From the NCBI GenBank assembly GCA_030141605.1, contig JAQGDQ010000191.1:1-64000 (forward strand): a stretch of DNA of 64,000 nt, written 5' to 3'. The position numbers and the translations under genes are program-made. Below are positions 1 through 9,415 of the stretch, piece by piece. The notes under the pieces are model-generated. The model searched no databases, was not told where the DNA came from, and saw only the letters and a list, made by a program, of their open reading frames with translations. The first letter of the stretch is position 1; each line of letters opens with the position of its first letter. The stretch is from Tubiluchus corallicola (Eukaryota > Animalia > Priapulida).

Positions 1-2
1 TA

Positions 3-520
3 TCTTAATATATAAGATTCGAGGCTACAGCCCGGACGAGGGCACCATTTGCGGCGATCTATATATCAAACGAAAGGTCTCGATCTAGTGTCGTGCCATT
101 GATGGTTTATTTTTCGAATGGGGCCCACCGGGAGGAACGAGGGGGAGGCGAAAAACCTCCAAAAATGGCCATTTTTCGGCCGTTTTTTGCAAAAGTTATA
201 CGGCTGAGATCTGAAGAACGGGAACGGGCCATAGGTGGCGCTGGCTATGGATAGATAGCCCGTTCAGCGGTGGGTGTAGTAGGCATATTTAGAATTCCCG
301 AGAGGGCCACGGCGTCCCGTAACGGGCGTTTTCCCGGACCCAACTCGCGACTTTTTCGAAATTTTAACCAAACAGCATGCGGGAAAAACGTTCTAGCATC
401 GCCTGGTGGGACTCTCGGAAGGAGATATAGAGTTCTTTAGAAAGAGGAAGAATGGGGCTACACGATGATGTGGGCTAGATTTTAGCACGTCTACCGAGAA
501 AAGTTAAATATCTGCGATTA
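3..520 (+). mobile_element. Non-autonomous Helitron-like element, 5' portion
   Basis: Starts TCTTAATATATAAGATTCGAGGCTACAG and is closely similar to 7318-7800. That family ends in hairpin + CTAG in the other copies. Similarity fades after ~500. Confidence 0.55.
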
Positions 521-1094
521 GTCGAAATTATCAATTAAATCCGACAGTGACACATGTAGCAGCATAAAGAATGGTGCAATACCCAAAGCGCATTAGTTGT
601 GAATCAAATTCTGTATTTTGTGTACTTCCATTTTTTTAAATAAGTACAGTCATACCTCCGTTGTCGAACGTCTCCGTACTCGACCAACCGCCAAACACGT
701 GATGAGCGCATGTGCTCTGCAAGAGTCATGTACAACATTTGAATTGCCTAACATCGCAAAGTGCTTTTCATGCAGGAACAATCATGTTTTTCTTTCACTG
801 TAATTCTATTATGTTTTTCTTATCAATTATATCATGTATCTACTGTTTGAATAAACATTTTTGCATTATTATATTTTGTTTTAGTAATACTTTACAGTTC
901 ATTTGGTGCTTGAGAATGGATTATTTGCTTTTACATTATTTCTTATGAGAATAAATGATTCGGTTCTCAACGAAATGGATTGCAAACACTTTTTAGGAAC
1001 GAATTATGGTTGAAAACAGAGGTTTGACTGTAGAAGAAAAAACGAGTTACTATTAGTTTTGTATTATTACTTTATTATTAGTTATTATTACTTT

Positions 1095-1519
1095 GCCAAG
1101 AAAATGATTTGTCACACAGGTCACATTTGTATGGTTTCATTCCAGTTTATTATGCTGTGGCACCTGTAACATGTTGACTCACATGTTGTAATGTTTATGT
1201 TGACACATTTCTCGGTTTGAGTGTTCATGTGCTTGAGAAGATTACCTCGCTGAGAAAATGATTTGTCACATTAGTCACATTTGTGAGGCTTCATTCCAGT
1301 ATGTGCGTTCATGTGACTGAGAAGATGACCTCGCTGAGAAAATGATTTGTCACAGTCACATTTGTGGGGTTTCATTCCACTATGTGTGTTCATGTGACTG
1401 AGAAGGTGACCTCGCTGAGAAAATGATTTGTCACATTAGTCACATTTGCGAGGTTTCATTCCACTATGTGTGTTCATGTGCCTGAGAAGACTACCTCGCT
1501 GAGAAAATGATTTGTCACA
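1095..1519 (-). pseudogene. Decayed continuation of the zinc-finger array beyond the stop codon
   Basis: About four further 84-bp units plus a fragment. The same TTA>TAA stop recurs near 1437 and 1272, and there is a 4-nt deletion near 1353. Confidence 0.8.
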
Positions 1520-2625
1520 TTAGTCACATTTGCGAGGTTTCATTCCACTATGTGTGTTCATGTGCCTGAGAAGACTACCTCGCTGAGAAAATGATTTGTC
1601 ACATAAGTCACATTTGTGGGGTTTCATTTCAGAGTGAGTGTTCAAGTGACTGAGAAGATTACCTTGCTGAGAAAATGATTTGTCACATAAGTCACATTTG
1701 TGAGGCTTCATTCCAATGTGTGTGTTCATGTGCCTGAGAAGACTACATCGCAGAGAAAATGATTTGTTACATAAGTCACATTTGTGGGGCTTCATTCCAG
1801 TGTGAGTGTTCATGTGCATGACAAGACTACCTCGCTGAGAAAATGATTTCTCACATAAGTCACATTTGTGGGATTTCATTCCAGTATGAGTGTTCATGTG
1901 CATGAGAAGACTACCTTGCTGAGAAAATGATTTGTCACACAAGTCACATTTGTGAGGTTTCATTCCAGTATGAATGTTCATGTGACTGAGAAGATGACCT
2001 CGCTGAAAAAATGATTTGTCACATAAGTCACATTTGTGGGGTTTCATTCCAGTATGTGCGTTCATGTGCCTGAGAAGATGACCTCGCTGAGAAAATGATT
2101 TGTCACATAAATCACATTTGTGGGGTTTCATTCCTGTGTGAGTGTTCATGTGCCTGAAAAGATTACCTCGCTCAGAAAATGATTTGTCACATAAGTCACA
2201 TTTGTGGGGTTTCATTCCAGTGTGAGTGTTCATGTGCTTGAGAAGATTACCTCGCTCAGAAAATGACCTGTCACACGAGTCACATTTGTGAGGTTTCATT
2301 CGAGTATGAATGTTCATGTGCTTCAGAAGATTACCTCGCTCAGAAAATGATTTGCCACATAAGTCACATTTGTGGGGTTTCATTCCAGTATGAGTGTTCA
2401 TGTGCGTGAGAAGATAATCACGGCGAGAAAATGATTTGCCACACAAGTCACATTTGTGAGGTTTCATTCCAGTATGAGTGTTCATGTGACTGAGAAGATT
2501 ACCTCGCCGAGAAAATGATTTGTCACATAAGTTACATTTGAGGGGTTTCATTGCAGTATGAGTGTTCATGTGACTGAGAAGATGACCTCGCACAGAAAAT
2601 GATTTGTCACATAAGGAGGAGACAC
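1520..2625 (-). CDS. Terminal exon encoding a tandem C2H2 zinc-finger array (12 complete fingers, TGMKPH linkers); upstream exons not identified
   Basis: 84-bp repeat encoding C-x2-C-x12-H-x3-H. A minus-strand acceptor (ttctttttgatacag|G) opens the exon at 2625. The track's start at 2593 is an internal GTG. The frame ends at TAA replacing a TTA Leu codon. Confidence 0.85.
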
Positions 2626-2930
2626 CTGTATCAAAAAGAAAGGAAAACTAAAATTTACAGTTAAAAATGCAATATCCTTATTGAATATCATTATTAAGAC
2701 TATGTAACAGGTTTACGATTTAAGAACACCATCTAGAAACATTAGTTTATTGACACAAAAGCAATTTGCGATTACAAATATCTACGTATAGAATCTACAA
2801 TTCTACATTTTTGAATGTTAGTAAGTAAAAACAGAGCAAATAGCTAAGAAATAATTTCATTTTCTGACCATTTTTGCTCATTTACCTTTCCTTATTTCTT
2901 CCTATTTTTGTACTGCTTGTACAAAGTCAT

Positions 2931-3597
2931 GTGCTTACAATAATGCAAGTGTGGCAATTGTCCCTCTGCCTCCCTCACCCCCTGTTACACAAACTCGGTG
3001 TGCTTACAATAATGCAAGGGTGGCAATTGTCCCTCTGCCTCCCTCACCCCCTGTTATACAAAGTCGGTGTGCTTACAATAATGCAAGGGTGGCAATTGTC
3101 CCTCTGCCTCCCTCACCCCCTGTTATACAAACTCGGTGTGCTTACAATAATGCAAGGGTAGCAATTGTCCCTCTGCCTCCCCACCTCCTGTTACACAAAG
3201 TCGGTGTGCTTACAATAATGCAAGGGTGGCAATTGTCCCTCAGCATCCCCCACCCCCTGTTATACAAAGTCGGTGTGCTTACAATAATGCAAGGGTAGCA
3301 ATTGTCCCTCTGCATCACCACTGTTACACAAAGTCGGTGTGCTTACAATAATGCAAGGGTGGCAATTGTCCCTCTGCCTCCCCTCCTCCTGTTACACAAA
3401 CTCGGTGTGCTTACAATAATGCAAGGGTGGCAAATGTCCCTCTGCCTCCCCCACCCCCTGTTATACAAAGTCGGTGTGCTTACAATAATGCAAGGGTGGC
3501 AATTGTCCCTCTGCCTCCCTCACCCCCTGTTACACAAACTCGGTGTGCTTACAATAATGCAAGGGTGGCAATTGTCCCTCTGCCTCTCCCACCCCAT
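2931..3597. repeat. 69-bp minisatellite, ~9.7 copies
   Basis: GTGCTTACAATAATGCAAGGGTGGCAATTGTCCCTCTGCC... recurs at 2931, 3000, 3069 etc. Confidence 0.95.
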
Positions 3598-3614
3598 TAT
3601 CAATTTAACATATT

Positions 3615-4000
3615 GTCAGGGCATATTCACCAATAGGCTTACTAAGCTATAGCCTAGGGCACCAAAGTTTCAGGGCATCACTTTTAGAAAAAATTCTTAT
3701 TCTCCTCGGAAAATGTGTATACTTTCATATTCATGTAAAGGGCATATTTCATAACACACCACAGTTACTGAGCGCAGATTTTATATAAGTGCCACATAAC
3801 GAACAAGTGCAACGTATTACACAACAAGCAGTTGCGCAATATGCTTCAATATAAGTAGCAATAGTACGAAATAAAAGAATAAAAAAGAATAGTAATAACA
3901 AGCGCTATGCAAATACATGTAACTAATAATGATCTCGTAGAAACTAGCTTAATAGTGTTTCTAACACACCACAAGTAATTGTTTAATATGCTCAATACAT
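3615..4000 (+). repeat. Unclassified dispersed repeat, also at ~15130-15445 (+) and ~29220-29545 (-)
   Basis: Shared blocks CTATAGCCTAGG, CTCGGAAAATGTGTATACTTTCAT, ATAAGTGCCACATAACGAACA and ACACCACAAGTAATT. Confidence 0.7.
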
Positions 4001-4878
4001 AAACATAAATTCAAGTTTTCAAATACAGTTTTCAATATACAACATCTATGTTATATTTACTCAGCATTACGCTTAGCTGTTTGAAAGACTTAAAGGACAA
4101 TAAAAGGGGCACCTGAAGTAGATTTCAGAAAAAATGCCTTGAAAAATTATATTACTTTACGGGCACGTTTATGCACATCGTGTTTGTGTTGAATGCAATT
4201 TTCGTTTGTTTGCATTTCAAATCTCCCGCAATACTGTTCCGACGACGCCATTACATGATGTCACTACACCACGTAAATCAGGGGAAGAAAAGGCAATGTT
4301 AAATTATGACCCAAAAAACTTTCCGTGCAAATCTATATTACTTAGCATTACTGGTGTAAAGACTTATGTAACTAAAATAATAATTTAAAATGTTTGTGCC
4401 AATTGGTAAATGTCGCTGACTCACTCTCCAGGGTGCACCACTCACTGACCAAAAACGTATTTTTAATCTTATTGACAAGATACAGTAATTTAAAATTTTA
4501 CTTAGTTAGCAACGTTTATGCCACCAATGCTCTGATTATTTTTTCAAACTTAATTTAATGTTATTAAAACTTTTTCCACAAGACCTACCATTAAAATGGC
4601 TGCGTCTAACGGTCATCGCGGGAGTTTAAATTTACACGTTTTATACAGCGTTACTGCCGATGCAAGCCATGCATATAAAAAGGTACTATGTAAGTGGTAG
4701 AAAATTTCGAGACAAATTTTTTAAGCTTTATGTAAGTGGAGGGTTTTCTTGTGCTTTAAGTAACTGGGAAAGAAAATTCCTAATAATTTAAAATGTTGGA
4801 GCCAACTGGTAAAACAGCAGTGCACATAGATTCACCAAAAAACATATTTTTAATCTCACTGTACACGCCTACTGTACA

Positions 4879-5379
4879 CAGGGATGAAAATGACAAATTG
4901 CAAAAAACTCTGAAACAGGCCGGGGGTTTGCAGTCTACCCCATGGAGGTTCAAGGGGAGCTAGCAACAAATAGCAATTTTGTGACCATAAAGAACCTCTA
5001 AGTGGACTTAAAATATCAATTACCTTGTTTCATGCATAATTTAAAATACCCAACTATCAAGGATACATGATGGCTAATTGTCTCAAAAACGCCTAAGTAC
5101 TGGCCGCTCCTATGCAAAAGTATATAAAAACTGTCTGCAATTGACTCAAATAACTCCGCACAATTGATTCTATATTTTTATACATAGAGATATACACGTG
5201 GTTACACTGATGTACGTGACGTAAACAAAGTGACGGCCTGCCAACTAGCGGTCGGCTTGTGAAATAATGTACTGGGTCCATAAAAATTTGTCAACGAATT
5301 TACAAGATTTATAAAAATGACACTACTGGTCTTCCAAAAACTCGGAATTCTGAGTATCCGCGGAAAATTCTCATCACTG
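4879..5379 (+). mobile_element. hAT-like MITE, family A
   Basis: Ends CAGGGATGAAAAT ... ATTCTCATCACTG (Ac-like termini). Homologous to 16515-17034 and 27703-28221. No 8-bp TSD seen. Confidence 0.65.
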
Positions 5380-5633
5380 AGTGGAGGGTTTTCTTGTGTT
5401 TTAAGTAACTGGAACAGAAAATTCCTAATAATTTAAAATATTGGAGCCAACTGGTAAAACAGCAGTAAACAAACATTCACCAGAAAACACATTTTTAATT
5501 TCACTAACAGATTTACAGCCTTTCACTAAGTGTGCCATTTTTTTATTTTGCCACCTTTACCTACTTTTCCATTTGGGCCACAAAGAAAAGATAAAGACAA
5601 GGTCCTGTGTTGGGTGGCTGGTTGTCCTGCGTT

Positions 5634-5715
5634 AGGCAGCCGAGTGGTTTAGATATCGGACTGCAAGCACGCAGTCTTGAGTTCGATACTAGCGCCTGCC
5701 AGGGCCAACGGAATA
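5634..5715 (+). mobile_element. tRNA-derived SINE head or tRNA relic
   Basis: A-box-like GCAGCCGAGTGG and B-box-like GAGTTCGATACT at tRNA spacing; no proper acceptor stem. Confidence 0.45.
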
Positions 5716-6480
5716 TACCCTGCATGTTATTTGTTATACGTGTGTTGTAAATGTAAGTTACGAAATTTACGTGTGCTAATGTTGTCTGTTAAATTTTGTC
5801 TTTGTCACTGAAAATACATGTTTGAAAATCGGCCCCACTAATATAATAAACTTAACATTTTTGAAATCCAACTTTTCAAATTTTTGCTTTTAAAACTCCA
5901 TACTATTGTTGCAACCCCTCCCCCTCGCAAATTACAGCTCCTAGACCATCACCGGGACGCCAACTTACGTTACTTGAAGCATTCAAAGAGTTTCCACTTC
6001 TGTTATTAGTAGTCGGTTTCCGTGCTGACACTTCTGTGACCAGTTTAGTACTTTAATTAAACAACAGTACCACCACTTACTAGCCAAGTTCTCAAAAAAG
6101 TGAAACGCGGCCAAAAAGAAAAGGCTCCTAGTGCTAATCAGTCTACTAGAACTGAATCACTTTCTGCTTCTAGACGCAGCCATGATCGCGGAAAGAACCG
6201 CTACTTGAGACGCACCAATCAATTCCGTTCAGTTCACTTTATTTCACCATCAAATGTTTTCGATGTAAACTAGATACATTTTAGCAAATACAATAATAAT
6301 TATTATACAAAAAATTAAATATGGCAGACTAAATAAGATGTTCCAATAGCAAATAATACACAGGTGCAGCTACTACTGCACTGAGATACAAAAGCCGATA
6401 TCAACATAGAAATAAGAGACACAAAATTTGATTGACAGATATATTAAAAACCCTGTGGCAGAGGACTTACGTATTATTAT

Positions 6481-7291
6481 CTAGAAAGAGGAAGAACAGG
6501 GCTACACGAAGATGTGGGCTATATGTTAGGATAGGTCCACCAAGAAGATTGACGATGAGTTAATTACATGTTCTATTTTCAGCAATTTTCGCTTAGAAAA
6601 CTGCTGACGCAAAGCCATTGTTGTGATGTCATCCATTGTACTTTGTCTATAACCTTATAGCAGGGGTGTGCAAATTACCTGACTAGCACGACCACATTAA
6701 ACTTTCCCGCAATTCCTGTGGGCCACGAGCAGTTTAATCAAGGAGCCAAGTACAGTAGGACCTAATAACGATTTTTTTGCATCCGACCTGCGTACATCAT
6801 TACTACTACACTCAAGAAACTATTTTAGAGGTTATTAAAATTTATATTACAAACCATATATTTCTACTTTGAGGACAGATAGTGGTAATTTCATTACAAT
6901 GCATATTAGTAATGTGTATCACGCAGTCTGTGTAGTACAGTGACATTAATGTACAACCGTCTTGTAAGGGTTAATGGCATCCGACTTAGTAGAAAAAACT
7001 AACCGCACTATCTTTTGGATCGTGGCACGGACTTCAGCTGGATACAGTCAATTAATCGCTCAGGCCGCACTTTCATTAGGTTGACAAATCTCTTCGCCGG
7101 CCGCACAAATTCTCTTGGCGGGCCACAAGTGGCCCACGGGCCGCAATTTGCACACCCCTGCCTTATAGCTTTAATTCAGCAAAAAGCTGCTGCTGGCTTT
7201 GCGTGATAAAAACGAGGACTAGATAGTATGTTCTCATGGTATTGATTATACGTGTGTTTATACGCAAAATTTTTTGTGGGGCTTTTGCTAG
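6481..7291 (+). mobile_element. 3' part of the Helitron-like element, interrupted by a hAT MITE
   Basis: Matches ~7740-8037. Ends with hairpin CGCAAAATTTTTTGTG, then GGGCTTTTGCTAG|T. Confidence 0.6.
6661..7160. mobile_element. 500-bp hAT-superfamily MITE with intact ends
   Basis: Perfect 16-bp TIRs (CAGGGGTGTGCAAATT / AATTTGCACACCCCTG) and an 8-bp TSD CCTTATAG at 6653-6660 and 7161-7168. Confidence 0.92.
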
Positions 7292-7317
7292 TCTATATAT
7301 TAATTCTCTTGGTATGT

Positions 7318-8037
7318 TATATATATATAAGATTCGAGGCTACAGCTTCGACGACGGCACCATTTGCGGCGATCTATACATCAAATGAAAGGCCTCGATC
7401 TAGTGTCATGCCATTGGAGGTTTATTTTTCGAATCGGGCCCACCGGGACGAACGGGGGGTGAGAAACCTCCATTTCTCGGCCGTTTTTTGCAAAAGTTAT
7501 ATACCTGAGATCTGAAGAACGGGAATGGGCCACAGGAGGTGCTGGCTATGGATAGATAGCCCTTTCAGTGATGGGTGTCATAAACATATTTAGAATTCGC
7601 GAGAGGGCCACGACGTCCCGTAACGGGCATTTTCCCTGACCCAACTCGCGAGTTTTTCGAAATTTTGGCCTAACAGCCTGCAGAAAAAACGTTCTAGCCG
7701 CGCCTGGTGGGACTCTCGGAAGGAGATATATAGCTCTTCAGAAAGAAAGAGAACAGGGCTACATGATGATGTGAGCTGTATTTTCAGACACGTACAGCAA
7801 GAGGAGTATCGACGAGTTAATTAGATGTTCTATTTTCGGCAATTTTCACTTAGAAAACTGCTGATGCAAAGCCATTGTTCTGACGTCATCCATTATACTC
7901 TGCATATAACTTTAATTCAGTAAAAGCTGCTGCTGGCTTTGTGTTAGGTAAGTAAACGAACACTAGGTAGGATGTTCGCGTATTTTTGATTATACGTGTA
8001 AATTTATACACTAAATTTTTTGCGGGGCCTTTGCTAG
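7318..8037 (+). mobile_element. Non-autonomous Helitron-like element, near-complete copy
   Basis: 5' (TA)n-AAGATTCGAGG as at 3-30. 3' end TTTTTGCGGGGCCTTTGCTAG|T. No TIRs or TSD. Confidence 0.65.
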
Positions 8038-8329
8038 TCTATATTATTATAGTCTGCATTTGGAACTTTGAGCTGATAAGCTTACTGATATTTACTGATA
8101 CCAAGAGGTTTACATTAGGTATAGGTAGCTAAATGCTTCATAAATAACTTGAACTTTATCCGTTGAAACTGATGTGTGCGTATATTGTGTGCACAAGATA
8201 TTTCATATGTTATATAAATCCCAGGATTAAACAGTGACTCATAGTCAGATGTGTCCCTTTATGCAATATTGGTAGAAAAAGTGATGCATGTTGAAAGGTG
8301 ATAGAAGTTGCTGTCTGTGTTGAAAATTT

Positions 8330-8740
8330 AATAATGACAGCACATTTTGTTGCGTGTTATTATAGTCTAAGGCGTAAAATGATAGCACATTTTGTAACAT
8401 GTTATTACAGCTCTAAGGCGTAAAATGACAGCGCATTTTGTAGTGTGTTATTATAGCTGTAAGGCGTAAAATGACAGCGCATTTTGTAGTGTGTTATTAT
8501 AGCTGTAAGGCATAAAATGACAGCGCATTTTGTAGTGTGTTATTATAGCTGTAAGGCATAAAATTATAGCACATTTGTAGTGTGTTATTACAGCTCTAAG
8601 GCCTAAAATGACAGCGCATTTTGTAGTGTGTTATTATAGCTGCAAGGCATAAAATTATAGCACATTTTGTAGTGTGTTATTATAGCTGTAAGGTGTAAAA
8701 CGGGAGCCCATTTGTAGTGTGTTATTGCAGCTCTAAGGGT
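8330..8740. repeat. 46-bp minisatellite, ~9 copies
   Basis: TAAAATGACAGCGCATTTTGTAGTGTGTTATTATAGCTGTAAGGCG recurs at 8421, 8467, 8513 etc. Confidence 0.95.
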
Positions 8741-9415
8741 TTTGTGAAGTGCCTGTACTGATTTACTGTGTCTGTAAAATTGCTGTTCTAGTTCCCCCTT
8801 TTCAGAATAAAAAACAAAAATAGAAAACCCCCGATTGCCTTTTTGGGAAGGAAAGTCTTTCATCGTTAATTTTTTTATTTACCATGACCTGATAATTATT
8901 TTTCATTTTTAGGTACAAATTTCTATTACGTACATCCAGATTGAAGCGGAAAAAGCTGACAAATTTCCTTTGGTTTAAGTCACTGGAACATGTCGTACAA
9001 ACTGGGTGGTAGTCGTAAAGGTTTCCGCCACTGTTTTGGCGGTAGTTGATAAAAGTGTTTTTCGGAATATTTTATTTTATCGGATAGTGTTTAAATAAAG
9101 TTTAAAACATTACTTTAATTGTACTAGCTTTCTAGTTAATACAATAACATTATAATTACAGTGACATCCAGTGACAAAAATGGTACAGTTCAGAGTAACA
9201 TTTTTACACATACTTAGTAAAATAGACAAAGATACGACAGGACTTAAGGAAGGAATTAGAAGAGGAAAGAAAAAATGAGAAGAGCAGAAGGGAACAGAGG
9301 TGTTTTCAGTATAATTAGCCAATCTTTATAGGGGCTAACAAGTAAATATAGGGCGGAAAAATTTCCGTTACTTCATAACTGTGTTTTCTCTCCTGGTAAA
9401 CAGGTGTAGATATGA

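Noticed and set aside
1520-2625. Naming the array PRDM9
   Set aside because: No PR/SET, KRAB or SSXRD exons were recognisable upstream; only the array pattern is similar.
2874-3652. Repetitive ORFs of 69-116 aa
   Set aside because: By-products of a 69-bp (multiple of 3) minisatellite, open in several frames with no protein-like features.
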